Origin: Synechococcus sp.
Lineage (GTDB): Bacteria; Cyanobacteriota; Cyanobacteriia; PCC-6307; Cyanobiaceae
Assembly: GCA_047284725.1 (NCBI GenBank)
Contig: JBJBEO010000001.1
Location: 192,001-256,000 of the forward strand
Length of the DNA: 64,000 nucleotides
Reading direction: 5' to 3'
Positions 51,639 to 61,258 of the stretch are shown here, in pieces. Position numbers and translations under genes: made by a program. The notes under the pieces were generated by a model that saw only the letters and a list, made by a program, of their open reading frames with translations, ran no database searches and had not been told where the DNA came from. Position 1 is the stretch's first letter; each line of letters starts with the position of its first letter.

Positions 51639-52088
51639 ATGGGACGTTGGCTTGAACACACTGTCACCACAGAGGTGCGGGCACCCGTGGACCGTGTCTG
51701 GGCGGTGTGGAGTGACCTGGAAGCGATGCCGCGATGGATGCGGTGGATCGAATCCGTCAAGACCCTGAATGACCCGGATCTCACCGATTGGACCCTCGCG
51801 GCCCAGGGTTTTCGTTTCAGCTGGAAGGCGCGGATCACCACCCGTGTCGAGGCCCAGCAACTCCACTGGGAATCGGTTGGCGGCCTGCCGACCAAAGGGG
51901 CTGTTCGCTTCTACCCGCAGGCAGACGAGTGCACGGCGGTCAAACTCAGCGTGACGTATGAATTGCCTGGGGTCTTGGCACCATTGATGGAACCCAGCAT
52001 CCTGGGTGGGATTGTGACGAAGGAACTCCAAGCCAACCTTGACCGATTCCGCGATTTGGTTGAAAGCGATTACGCCGTTGCGACCTGA
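51639..52088 (+). CDS. SRPBCC (START/cyclase-like) protein
   Basis: WLEHTV..VWAVWSDLEAMPRWM..LHWES..GAVRF. Confidence 0.88.
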   Translation: MGRWLEHTVTTEVRAPVDRVWAVWSDLEAMPRWMRWIESVKTLNDPDLTDWTLAAQGFRFSWKARITTRVEAQQLHWESVGGLPTKGAVRFYPQADECTAVKLSVTYELPGVLAPLMEPSILGGIVTKELQANLDRFRDLVESDYAVAT

Positions 52089-52653
52089 GCTGTCGTTCCT
52101 GCGGGTCTTGCTGTTCGCCCCTGTTCTGTTGGTGGGGTGCGCCCCAGCCGACCCTCCCGTCGACCCTCCGACTCCATCGGTGTCCCGTGCCAAACCGGCC
52201 GAAGCACCGCAGGACACTGCTCCGCCAGAGCCTCTGGTGCCTGTGAGGCCTCCCGACGTGTTGAAGCCGTTGCCCACCACCGCTCAGGTGCAGGACTCGG
52301 TCAGCCGTGGTCGGGTTGATCCGTTCGCTCCCGTTCGCGGACCCCAGGCTGGGCCCGGGGCGGGAGGAGGCTCTGGCGCCAGCGGCGGCGGTGCGATCAG
52401 CCTTCAGGGGGTGATGGCCGTCGGCTCGCAGCTGCAGGCCCTTGTGCGCACTTCGGTCGGCTCTGGAGCCATTTGTGTTGGCCCCGAGGGCCGCTGCGGC
52501 GGCACGGCGGGCGAAGCGCTGCTTCCCAAGGAGTGGACCGTGCGCAGTATCGATCTGCAGCGGGGTTGTCTGACCTACACCGTGGAGGGCAAGGGTCAGG
52601 AGCTGGTTTGCATGGAGGATGACGAAGAGGTCGATGAAGAGGTCAAGGTCTGA
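52039..52653 (+). CDS. Hypothetical lipoprotein
   Basis: LLVGC lipobox, Pro-rich linker, RVDPF, beta-rich domain with four Cys; start probably near 52090-52110. Confidence 0.65.
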   Translation: MTDSAIWLKAITPLRPELSFLRVLLFAPVLLVGCAPADPPVDPPTPSVSRAKPAEAPQDTAPPEPLVPVRPPDVLKPLPTTAQVQDSVSRGRVDPFAPVRGPQAGPGAGGGSGASGGGAISLQGVMAVGSQLQALVRTSVGSGAICVGPEGRCGGTAGEALLPKEWTVRSIDLQRGCLTYTVEGKGQELVCMEDDEEVDEEVKV

Positions 52654-53426
52654 ACGCAGGCCTGCACCAATCCCTCGATGTCATGAGGGTCGGCCTCCTG
52701 GTCGACCCGGCCTAAGAGCTCCCTGCAACGTTTGCTGGTCTGCGGTCCGATCGACACCACCTTGGCTCGCCTCAGATGGTTGTCCCAGGTGGACCCATAG
52801 CGCTCTTGCAGGAGCTGCACGGTGTGGTTCACCGTTTTGCCGCTGCTGAACGTGACGGCTGCCACGGCGCCCGATTCCAGGGCGGCGGCGGCGGCGGACG
52901 GAATGTCGCTGGGGCAGCGGGACTCATAGGCTGCTACCTCCACCACACGGGCACCGGCTTCTCCGAAGGCTTCTGCCAGAAGGGTGCGCCCACCGCTCTG
53001 CACCCGAGGAATTAACAACCGCAGCCCCCATCCCGACACTGGGAAATGCTCGATCAGGCTGTCGGCCACGAAGTCGGGGGGGATGAAATCAGTCTCTGCC
53101 CCCAGGGCCTCGAGCTGCGCTGCGGTTTTGCGACCCACCGCAGCCAGTTTGAGGCTGGCCGGTCGTCTGGCCAGACTGCGGCCCAGACGCTGCAGACGTT
53201 CCTCCACCGCAGTGACGCCGTTGGCGCTGGAGAAGAGCAGCCAGTGGAAGTCATCCAGTTCCTCCAGGGCATCATCGAGCGGACCCCACTCATCCGGTGG
53301 ACCGATCACCAGGGCAGGGAGATCGATCACCGTGGCACCGAGGGCCTGCAACCGTTGCCGTCCTTCGCCCTGCTGGTCCTGTGCCCGGGTCACCAGAACC
53401 GTTTGACCCTGGAGCGGCAGGGTCAT
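52596..53426 (-). CDS. hemD: Uroporphyrinogen-III synthase
   Basis: VLVTR, FSSANGV, AVGRKTA, FSSGKTV and SIGPQT. Confidence 0.92.
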   Translation of the reverse strand: MTLPLQGQTVLVTRAQDQQGEGRQRLQALGATVIDLPALVIGPPDEWGPLDDALEELDDFHWLLFSSANGVTAVEERLQRLGRSLARRPASLKLAAVGRKTAAQLEALGAETDFIPPDFVADSLIEHFPVSGWGLRLLIPRVQSGGRTLLAEAFGEAGARVVEVAAYESRCPSDIPSAAAAALESGAVAAVTFSSGKTVNHTVQLLQERYGSTWDNHLRRAKVVSIGPQTSKRCRELLGRVDQEADPHDIEGLVQACVQTLTSSSTSSSSSMQTSS

Positions 53427-54631
53427 GCCGCCACCTCATCCAGCTTGACGATGCCCTTCAGTTGGTTGAACAGCGAATCGGCTTCATCCTGGCGTCCCTG
53501 CTCTTCCAGCAGCGCGATGGCCACGTGAAAGCCCTTCCTGGCACCGTCCACATCGCCCCCCATCAGCAGGGCAATGGCCAGGTTCTGGTGGCATTCCGGA
53601 TGGTCGGGCTGCCGCTGGAGAGATTCGCCATAGGCCTGGATGGCCGCGGTGATGTTGCCTTTGCGCCGTTGCATCAGCCCCAGGTTGAACCAGCTCAGAG
53701 CCACTTCAGGGGCCGCCTGGGTGGCCTCGGTGGTCAGACGAATCGCTTCGTCGAGGCCATGGTTCTTCAGCAGCAGAGCAGCCAGGTTGAGCCGGGCTCC
53801 AAGGCTGAGCCTTGCAGGGATGGGCAGCGCCAGCGCTTCGCGGTAGGTGGCAATGGCTGCTTCAGTGTCCTGGTCTGCCTGGGCCATGGCCAGGTGCAGC
53901 AGCAGCTCGTAGCGCTCCGCAGGGTGTTCTTGGTCGCCGTCGATGGAGGCAAGGCCCTGCTGCAGCAGGGCCAGCCCGCGCTCTCGCCTGCCGCTGCTGA
54001 CTTCCAGGGCCCCCAGCTTGGCGCAGGCGTAGGGGTCTCCAGGCGTCTCCTTCAGCCAGTGCTCCATCGCTTGGCGCAGCCGTTGGGCTTTGTCTGTGCC
54101 TTCAATCAAGTCGGGCCGATAGCCGTCGTGGAGGAGGGCCGGGACCCCGCAGTCGATCACGCGCCACTGGGGTTCCGCCTGGATCAGCGCTTCGACGCTG
54201 TCGTCAATCATCGAGTGGTAAGGCCGCGACCACTGCAGAGCGGGGTGGCGACGAAACAGGCGGCTTACGTTCGAATAGGGAGCCATGGCAGAGCCCCGCT
54301 CATAACGCAGGAGGTTGATGGCCAGCACCGCTGGGTCGGCCATCAAGTCCTTGAGTGCCGGAATGGCCTCAGGCAGAAGCTGTTCATCGGCATCCAGCAC
54401 GAGCACCCAGTCACCTGTCACCATCTCCAGCGCCGCGTTGCGGGCCGGAGCGAAGTCTCCTGGCCACGGCAATTGCTCCACCCGAGCGCCGGCGGCTTGT
54501 GCCCGCTGCACCGTGTCATCCCTGGAGCCGGTGTCGACCACCACCATCTCGTCGACCAGATCCCTGACGGAGGCGAGGCAAGCTTCGATCCGCTCGGCCT
54601 CATCGCGAACGATCATCGAGAGGCTGAGCAT
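53423..54631 (-). CDS. Family 2 glycosyltransferase with TPR repeats
   Basis: SLSMIVRDE, VDTGSRD, DFAPARN and LDADE, followed by TPR helices. Confidence 0.88.
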   Translation of the reverse strand: MLSLSMIVRDEAERIEACLASVRDLVDEMVVVDTGSRDDTVQRAQAAGARVEQLPWPGDFAPARNAALEMVTGDWVLVLDADEQLLPEAIPALKDLMADPAVLAINLLRYERGSAMAPYSNVSRLFRRHPALQWSRPYHSMIDDSVEALIQAEPQWRVIDCGVPALLHDGYRPDLIEGTDKAQRLRQAMEHWLKETPGDPYACAKLGALEVSSGRRERGLALLQQGLASIDGDQEHPAERYELLLHLAMAQADQDTEAAIATYREALALPIPARLSLGARLNLAALLLKNHGLDEAIRLTTEATQAAPEVALSWFNLGLMQRRKGNITAAIQAYGESLQRQPDHPECHQNLAIALLMGGDVDGARKGFHVAIALLEEQGRQDEADSLFNQLKGIVKLDEVAA

Positions 54632-54693
54632 GGGGGCGAACACGGCTGGGGCTGAGGTTACGGCCCTTCCTGGGCGGTTGCCGTGGTTGGCCT

Positions 54694-56346
54694 TCAGTCG
54701 GTGAACCCTTCGCCGGGCCCCTGGGGTGCTCCGCTTGCTTGATCACCCTCGAAGAGGCGGCGCATCAGAGTTTGCTGGGCATCAGGCATCTGGCCTGGGC
54801 TGTACGCCGCAGGGATCTCTGGCTTCAGACGGCTGCGCAGGCTGTCCCAGGCATAGGGACTGCCGTACACCACCAGACCGGCAAGACGCCCGTGGGTCTG
54901 CAGCTGCTCGATCGCGTCACCCCAGGGCTCCTGCCGGTCGCGCCCCGCCCGGAAGGGGTTGCCGCGCAGGAACAGTTGCAGCAGAACAGGGCCTTCCCCG
55001 AGTCGATCAAGGGCGAGGGGCGCTGATCGATCGCTCTCGTTCCAGATCGAGACGGCCATCGGATGGTGGAGCAAAGGCCGGAATCCCGCCTCTTCCGGCA
55101 GCAGCAGCGCTGGAGCTCCTGCCGGGAGTTGGGGACACGACAGCACACCATCCACGCGAATCAGGTTGAGTCCTGTGCCCTGCGGTTGACGCTGGATTGG
55201 CTGGCCTCGGCTTTCGCAGGTGAGTTCCACCAACGTCTGTGCCAGGGCCCTCTCCTCGGCTTGCTCCACGTCAAGAGAGGGCTCTCTGGATGTCGACTGA
55301 GGCGGGGACACTGCAGAGGCTGCTGGCGGGTCCACCCGTTCAAGAGCCTGATGGCGTCGCTGCAGGCTGGCGTTGAGTCTCTTTTCGCTGATGCGTCCGC
55401 TTTGGACGCCATCGCAGATCGCTGTGATGGCGGCACCGGCATCCTCCGGCATCAGCACCAGATCGGCGCCCGCCTCAAAGGCCAGCAATGCCGCATCCCC
55501 AGCGCTGTAGTGCTCACGGATGGCTTCCATCACCAGGGCATCGGTCACCACCAGGCCTTCAAAGCCAAGCGCATGCCTTAGGAGGCCGGTGAGCACCGGT
55601 TTCGAGAGGGTGGCTGGTCGGTCGGGATCCAGGGCGGGGATCTGCAGGTGGGCGGTCATCACCGTGTCGATGCCCGCGTCAATGCAGGCCCGGAAGGGTT
55701 TCAGTTCCAGGCTCTCAAGTCGTTCCCGGCTGTGGGGAAGCACCGGCAGTAGCAGATGAGAATCCTCGGCGGTATCGCCATGACCCGGGAAATGTTTGGC
55801 ACAACCCAGCACGCCAGCCTGGGAGAGTCCACGTTGAAAGGCCAGGGTGAGCCGGGTCACGGTGATGGGGTCGTCGCCCCAGGCCCGCACGTTGATCACC
55901 GGATTGGCGGGGTTGTTGTTGACATCCACAATCGGCGCGAGCACCCAGTTCATCCCGCACTGTTTGGCCTGTCGGCCCGTGCAGGTGCCGTAGCGTTCTG
56001 CCAGGGCTTCGGCTCGTTCAGGATCTGAGCGGTGCAGGCGGGCCAGGGCCATCGGTGGCACCAGCCATGAGCCCCCCTCGAACCGCTGCCCCACCCCCTC
56101 TTCCACGTCGGCGCAGAGCAGGAGCGGTCCCTGGGCCCAGTGCCGCAGCTGCCGGCAGCGTTGCTGCAGTTCCACAGCGGTACCGCCCAGCAGGATCACC
56201 CCACCGACACCGCTCTCCAGGAGGTGTTTGAGGTTGGCATTGGCGAGTTCCCAATGGGGATACCGCCGCTGGCGGTCACTGGCATGGCCACTGGCACGCA
56301 CCACCACGAGGCTGGCCACCTGCCTGCGCAGCGCGTTGTCATTCAC
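54694..56346 (-). CDS. nagZ: GH3 beta-N-acetylhexosaminidase (NagZ-like)
   Basis: ADVEEG, APIVDV, KHFPGHG.T..DSH and VTDAL.M. Confidence 0.85.
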   Translation of the reverse strand: MNDNALRRQVASLVVVRASGHASDRQRRYPHWELANANLKHLLESGVGGVILLGGTAVELQQRCRQLRHWAQGPLLLCADVEEGVGQRFEGGSWLVPPMALARLHRSDPERAEALAERYGTCTGRQAKQCGMNWVLAPIVDVNNNPANPVINVRAWGDDPITVTRLTLAFQRGLSQAGVLGCAKHFPGHGDTAEDSHLLLPVLPHSRERLESLELKPFRACIDAGIDTVMTAHLQIPALDPDRPATLSKPVLTGLLRHALGFEGLVVTDALVMEAIREHYSAGDAALLAFEAGADLVLMPEDAGAAITAICDGVQSGRISEKRLNASLQRRHQALERVDPPAASAVSPPQSTSREPSLDVEQAEERALAQTLVELTCESRGQPIQRQPQGTGLNLIRVDGVLSCPQLPAGAPALLLPEEAGFRPLLHHPMAVSIWNESDRSAPLALDRLGEGPVLLQLFLRGNPFRAGRDRQEPWGDAIEQLQTHGRLAGLVVYGSPYAWDSLRSRLKPEIPAAYSPGQMPDAQQTLMRRLFEGDQASGAPQGPGEGFTD

Positions 56347-56780
56347 AGACTTCCCTGGTCGGCTCCGTTGCTCAGGCCTGCTCGGTCATCATCGTCACTG
56401 TCAGGAGGGATCGCACCCCGTTCCTCGCGTTCCTCTTCGAGCCGGTTGAGAAGATTCAACACGGAGGTGCCTTTCTCAATGCCACGATCCAGCTGAAACA
56501 CCACCTCAGGGGCCCGTCGCATCTGCAGACGCCGACCGAGTTCACCGCGGAGGTAGCCACTGGCGGCGCGTAGCCCTTCCAGCACCTGCTGCCGCTGCTG
56601 CTCTTCCCCGTAGATGCTCACGAAAATCTTGCAGTGCTGCAGATCACCGCTCACCTCAACCTCAGTGATGCTCACCATGCCCTGATGCACCCGTTCGTCG
56701 CGAATGCCATTGAGCAGCAGTTCACTGGTTTCGCGCCTGATCAGGGCCGCAACCCGCTCCACACGCCGTCCCGGTGCCAT
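56343..56780 (-). CDS. rbfA: Ribosome-binding factor A
   Basis: [30 protein letters not shown]. Confidence 0.95.
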   Translation of the reverse strand: MAPGRRVERVAALIRRETSELLLNGIRDERVHQGMVSITEVEVSGDLQHCKIFVSIYGEEQQRQQVLEGLRAASGYLRGELGRRLQMRRAPEVVFQLDRGIEKGTSVLNLLNRLEEEREERGAIPPDSDDDDRAGLSNGADQGSL

Positions 56781-56786
56781 GGGGAA

Positions 56787-56993
56787 TCAAGCCAGAGGTG
56801 ATGGCGTCACCATGGCACGGAGCACCAACCCCATGCTGATGGCGCCACTGATCAGGGCCCCCGTGAGTGCCACGGCAGTCACAGGATTGCTGCGTCTCCT
56901 GGCCAAAGGCTCGGCGACGGAGTTCATCACGCCCAGGCCGAAGGCAATCAGATAACGCGGATAGCGCGTCACGTTGACGAAAAACTCACGCAT
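56787..56993 (-). CDS. DUF751-family small membrane protein
   Basis: MREFFVNVTRYPRY..LRAM; directly upstream of rbfA. Confidence 0.85.
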   Translation of the reverse strand: MREFFVNVTRYPRYLIAFGLGVMNSVAEPLARRRSNPVTAVALTGALISGAISMGLVLRAMVTPSPLA

Positions 56994-57052
56994 GCTGCTG
57001 ACGCCCTCACGAATCTGATGGCTACTCTGCCGGTCTTAGGGCAGCAACGGCC

Positions 57053-57784
57053 ATGTTGGAGCTTCATCAGTTCCGTCACTCCGCGTTTTGTCTGAAGGTG
57101 CGGATGATCCTTCAGGCCAAATCCCTGAGCTTTCGAACGGTTGAGGTCACCCCAGGAGTGGGGCAGATCGATGTCTTTCGGCTTTCAGGCCAGCGTCAGG
57201 TGCCGGTGGTGGTGGATGGCGATGTGGTGGTGCCCGATTCGAGTGCGATCGCCCTTCATCTCGAACAGCGTTGCCCGGAACCGCCTCTGATTCCCTCAGG
57301 CGCCAAGGAGCGGGCCCAGGCCCATCTCCTCGAAGATTGGGCCGATACCACCCTTGCCTCGGCCGCCCGGCTTGCCCTTGCCCAGGCAGCCGTTGCCGAC
57401 AGCGCCTTGCGGGTCGCCCTGCTTCCCGAGGCTCTTCCATCCCCTGTGCGCCAAACGGTGGGAGCACTGCCCGGAGCCTGGTTGCAGGGTCTTGGCGAGG
57501 TGGTTGACCAGGGGGAACGGGCGGCGATGCTGTCCAGCCTGCTTCAGTTGGCGGATGCCGTGGCGGCGAGCCCTTGGCTCGTGGGCAACCAGCGCTCCAT
57601 CGCTGATCTTGCCGTGGCGGCTCAGCTGTCGCTGCTTCGGTTCCCTGCCTCGTCGGGGGAGGAGTTGGCGGGCCGCGGCGTGGCGGGGATCAGCGACCAC
57701 CCCAAACTCCAGCCCCTGTTCAGCTGGCGTGATCAGCTGGACGCTGAGTTGGTTCAGTCGGATCCAGCGGTTTTGTCAACCTGA
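57053..57784 (+). CDS. Glutathione S-transferase family protein
   Basis: SAFCLKVR, QVPV, DSSAI and SIADLAV. Confidence 0.88.
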   Translation: MLELHQFRHSAFCLKVRMILQAKSLSFRTVEVTPGVGQIDVFRLSGQRQVPVVVDGDVVVPDSSAIALHLEQRCPEPPLIPSGAKERAQAHLLEDWADTTLASAARLALAQAAVADSALRVALLPEALPSPVRQTVGALPGAWLQGLGEVVDQGERAAMLSSLLQLADAVAASPWLVGNQRSIADLAVAAQLSLLRFPASSGEELAGRGVAGISDHPKLQPLFSWRDQLDAELVQSDPAVLST

Positions 57785-58463
57785 GCTCGTAGCGATGCAC
57801 ACTCAGGGGTCTGGCCGTCACGCCTTCTCCGGGGGCAGCAAAGCGGGCTTGCCACTGTTCACCACAGATGGTCTCGACCGTGTTGATGGCTGAGGTGTCG
57901 TTGCAGCGCTTGTACCGGCTGAGGGTTTCGATTCGACTGACCCGCGGAGCCCCTGAACCATGGAGGATCTGCAGCACCAGTTCATCACTGATGAAGCTGG
58001 CCTGATGGATGGGACTCTCCCTCCTGCCGATCACCGTGGTTTCCAGTTGTCGATCCTGAGAGAGTCGGGCCAGTTGTCGGTTGAGCTGTCCGGGTGCCTG
58101 TTCAACTGACAGCACTTGCGGACCCAGGAGGGCCTGGCCAATGGCTTTGGCATTGAAGCTGCGGTCGCCCACCACGGCACCACGGCTGGTGTCGGTGGCC
58201 TGAAAGCGGGCTTTGTGGGTGAGGGTGCTGCCGTTGCCCCTGTCGGTGCTCTCCACCTGCCAGACGCCACGAAACCAATCTGGATACACCAGATCCTCCC
58301 TTGGTCCTGGTCGTGGCAGAGGAGCCGGCAACTGCCATTCCGGCCAGGAGTTCAGGCGCTCCTCCAACCATCCATCCGCGCTCCAGGCGGCCGGTGCGGT
58401 CGTCAAGACCATCCATGGGACCCAGAGCAGGCCGATGATCGTTGTCAGCAAGCGGTGCCCCAT
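57720..58463 (-). CDS. Exported conserved hypothetical protein (DUF6816-like)
   Basis: Signal-like N-terminus, DLVYPDWFRG.W and VGDRSFN. Confidence 0.7.
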   Translation of the reverse strand: MGHRLLTTIIGLLWVPWMVLTTAPAAWSADGWLEERLNSWPEWQLPAPLPRPGPREDLVYPDWFRGVWQVESTDRGNGSTLTHKARFQATDTSRGAVVGDRSFNAKAIGQALLGPQVLSVEQAPGQLNRQLARLSQDRQLETTVIGRRESPIHQASFISDELVLQILHGSGAPRVSRIETLSRYKRCNDTSAINTVETICGEQWQARFAAPGEGVTARPLSVHRYELRLTKPLDPTEPTQRPADHAS

Positions 58464-58728
58464 GTCCGACCCCTTGATCCGTGCCTGTGATCACTACGTG
58501 GTGCTGGAGCCGGGTCAACCGGAGCAGCTGCTCAGCGCCGCCGACACCCTCGCATGGTTGGAGCGGCATCTGGGAGCTCTCGACTCACTACCAGAGGACC
58601 TCACCGGTCTTGACTCCCTGCACGCTGTGGCTCGCCGCCTGTTGGAAACGGCCTGCGATCTGGAACTGCAGCCAGGGCTCAACCTGCAGTGGTTCGCGGT
58701 GCGGTTGGAGCCCCCTGATCAGGCCTGA
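58462..58728 (+). CDS. CRR7-family NDH-1 assembly protein
   Basis: [34 protein letters not shown]. Confidence 0.82.
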   Translation: MSDPLIRACDHYVVLEPGQPEQLLSAADTLAWLERHLGALDSLPEDLTGLDSLHAVARRLLETACDLELQPGLNLQWFAVRLEPPDQA

Positions 58729-59284
58729 GGATGGTGGGGATTGCTTCCAGCACCATGGCCGCCACCTGATCGGAGGTTTGATCGCCGACCGTCAGATGCA
58801 GATCAGCCTCGCGATAGAGGGGGATGCGTTCCTGAAGCAGGCTGTCCAGGGCCGCGGCAGGGTCGTCGGTCTGCAGCAGAGGGCGCTGCGCTGCATCGCG
58901 CTGGAGGCGGGCCAGGAGTCGCTCCCTGCCTGGGTCGAGCCAGATCACCAGACCTTGATGCAGCACGCCCCAGTTCTCCGGTCGGGTGACCACGCCGCCA
59001 CCGGTGGCCACGACGAGGGAATGACGTTGACCAATCGCTTGGAGCACCTGTGACTCAAGGCTCCGAAATCCCGCTTCACCGTTTTGTTCAAAGATCTCCG
59101 CAATGGTGCAGCCAGCTGCCTGCTCGATCACGGGGTCGGCATCGACGAAGCCATACCCCAGTTGCTGCGCCAGGGGGCGGCCGCTGCTGCTTTTGCCGCT
59201 GCCCATCATTCCCACCAGATAGAGATTGCGGCCCCCCAAACGGGAGCGCAGCGGGTGGGGCTGAGTCCGGGGTTGGTCTGTCAT
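58679..59284 (-). CDS. aroK: Shikimate kinase
   Basis: [19 protein letters not shown] and RPLL. Confidence 0.95.
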   Translation of the reverse strand: MTDQPRTQPHPLRSRLGGRNLYLVGMMGSGKSSSGRPLAQQLGYGFVDADPVIEQAAGCTIAEIFEQNGEAGFRSLESQVLQAIGQRHSLVVATGGGVVTRPENWGVLHQGLVIWLDPGRERLLARLQRDAAQRPLLQTDDPAAALDSLLQERIPLYREADLHLTVGDQTSDQVAAMVLEAIPTILRPDQGAPTAPRTTAG

Positions 59285-59372
59285 GGCGCGCGGTTGGCGG
59301 GAAAGGGTCTAGGGCGGGGCTTCTCGGTCGCGCCTCAAGACTCCCTAGGATGCCTTCTGGTCTGAGCACGCC

Positions 59373-60320
59373 ATGACTGAATCCTCAGCGGTGGCGAGTG
59401 CCGCAGATCGAGCCAACGCAGCAGCTCACGGCCAAGGCCGGGGCTGCGTGATTACCCGCCGAGCCTGCTTCAGTGCCAGTCATCGCTACTGGTTACCCGA
59501 ATTGAGCAGTGATGACAACGCCGCTCGCTTCGGTCCCTGTGGGTTGGCTCCTGGCCATGGCCACAACTATGAGTTGATTGTGTCGATGGGTGGCTCCCTC
59601 GATGCCGATGGCATGGTGCTCAATCTTTCCGATGTGAAGCACGCCATTCGCACCGAGGTGACCGGCCAGCTGGATTTCCGTTTCCTCAATGAGGCCTGGC
59701 CGGAATTCGATCTCAGCCAGCCCAGCGGCTGTCTGCCCACCACCGAAGCCCTTGTTCGGGTGATCTGGCAGCGTCTCACGGCACACCTTCCCCTTGTCGC
59801 TCTGCGGCTTTACGAATCACCAGGCCTCTGGGCCGACTATCTCGGACACGGCATGGACGCTTTCCTCACCATTCGCACCCATTTCGCTGCAGCCCATCGC
59901 TTGGCACGGCCGGAACTGAGCCAGGAAGACAACGAAGCGATCTACGGCAAATGTGCCCGGCCCCATGGGCACGGTCACAACTATCTGGTGGATGTGACCG
60001 TGCGAGGTGGCATCGATCCACGCACCGGCATGGTGTGTGATCTGGCCGCCTTGCAACGCCTGGTGGATGACCTTGTGGTGGAGCCGTTCGATCACACCTT
60101 CCTCAACAAAGACATTCCCCACTTCGCCACCTGTGTGCCAACGGCTGAAAACATCGCCTTGCACATTGCCGATCGCCTGAGTGGTCCGATCCGGGCCATC
60201 GGTGCCCACCTGCACAAAGTGCGGCTGCAGGAAAGTCCCAACAACGCCGCAGAGGTGTATGCGGAAGTTCCCCAATTGGAGATGCAGCCAGCGGCGATGG
60301 AAGCAGTGATGGCCTCTTAG
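59373..60320 (+). CDS. Tandem-domain 6-pyruvoyl-tetrahydropterin synthase family protein
   Basis: Two T-fold repeats: FSASHR..CGLAPGHGHNY..PTTE and FAAAHR..CARPHGHGHNY..PTAEN. Confidence 0.9.
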   Translation: MTESSAVASAADRANAAAHGQGRGCVITRRACFSASHRYWLPELSSDDNAARFGPCGLAPGHGHNYELIVSMGGSLDADGMVLNLSDVKHAIRTEVTGQLDFRFLNEAWPEFDLSQPSGCLPTTEALVRVIWQRLTAHLPLVALRLYESPGLWADYLGHGMDAFLTIRTHFAAAHRLARPELSQEDNEAIYGKCARPHGHGHNYLVDVTVRGGIDPRTGMVCDLAALQRLVDDLVVEPFDHTFLNKDIPHFATCVPTAENIALHIADRLSGPIRAIGAHLHKVRLQESPNNAAEVYAEVPQLEMQPAAMEAVMAS

Positions 60321-60342
60321 GTCACGGCGTGCTTTCGTTGCC

Positions 60343-61158
60343 ATGGATGTGTCGCGCTACGACCATTCGCGTCCAGACGTTGCTGCGAACGCGCTTGCTC
60401 TGAACCAGGGATCGCTTGAGCCTGCTCCGGCGAAAGCGTCTTTCCGGAACAGGCCCCCCTGCACACTCCGTCTGGTGCTGGCCATCAGTCTGGATGGGCG
60501 ACTGGCCCCCCCTGATGGTGGAGCGGCTCAGCTAGGTGGGAGTGGGGATCGAAGGGTGCTGGAGCAGGCTCTGGCATGGTCTGATGCTGCTCTGATCGGT
60601 GCTGGCACCTTGCGCGTCCATCGCTGCACCTGTCTTGTGCACGACCGTGCGTTTCTCGATCAGCGTCTGGCATCGGGGCGCTCCGCCCAGCCCAAAGCTG
60701 TTGTGGTGAGCGGGCAACCTCAACCCCAGTTTCCCGCTGATTGGCCTTTCTTTCAGCAGCCGCTGGAGCGTTGGTTGTTGCGGCCAGAAGACCCAACCGA
60801 CCCCGACAGGCTCGAGCAGGGCTTCGATCACGTGCAGCCATTGTGTGCTGACTGGTCGAGCACCAAGGCCTCGCTGGCGGACCATGGCTTGGAGCGGATT
60901 GTGCTGCTGGGAGGAGCGCGTCTCACGGCAGCCTTGCTGCAAGCCGATGTCGTGGACGAACTCCAGCTGACTCTGACCCCGCGTGTGTTGGGTGGACCCT
61001 ATGGCTGGGTTCCCTTGACCGGGATCAAACTGCCCAACGGGCTTGCGGCGTCCAATGCATGGGCTCTGCAGGAGGCCGTGCCTCTGGGAGGTGATGAACT
61101 TCTGGTGCGTTATTCCCGTCGGCGCTCGATCAGTGCACACACGTGTGATTCAGTTTGA
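60343..61158 (+). CDS. RibD C-terminal (DHFR-fold) reductase
   Basis: AISLDG, LIGAGT and LLGGARL..VDEL; no deaminase domain; start uncertain. Confidence 0.82.
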   Translation: MDVSRYDHSRPDVAANALALNQGSLEPAPAKASFRNRPPCTLRLVLAISLDGRLAPPDGGAAQLGGSGDRRVLEQALAWSDAALIGAGTLRVHRCTCLVHDRAFLDQRLASGRSAQPKAVVVSGQPQPQFPADWPFFQQPLERWLLRPEDPTDPDRLEQGFDHVQPLCADWSSTKASLADHGLERIVLLGGARLTAALLQADVVDELQLTLTPRVLGGPYGWVPLTGIKLPNGLAASNAWALQEAVPLGGDELLVRYSRRRSISAHTCDSV

Positions 61159-61258
61159 TGTGCGGGCCGGCCCACCGGAGATGCCGCACAGCGGCGGATG
61201 ACCACTGCGCACTCCACCTGTGGTTAGGGTCCATCGGCATCGCCTCGCTCCCCCGGTC

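Noticed and set aside
53297..54655. 452-aa plus-strand ORF opposite the GT2-TPR gene
   Set aside because: Antisense shadow with no domain signal
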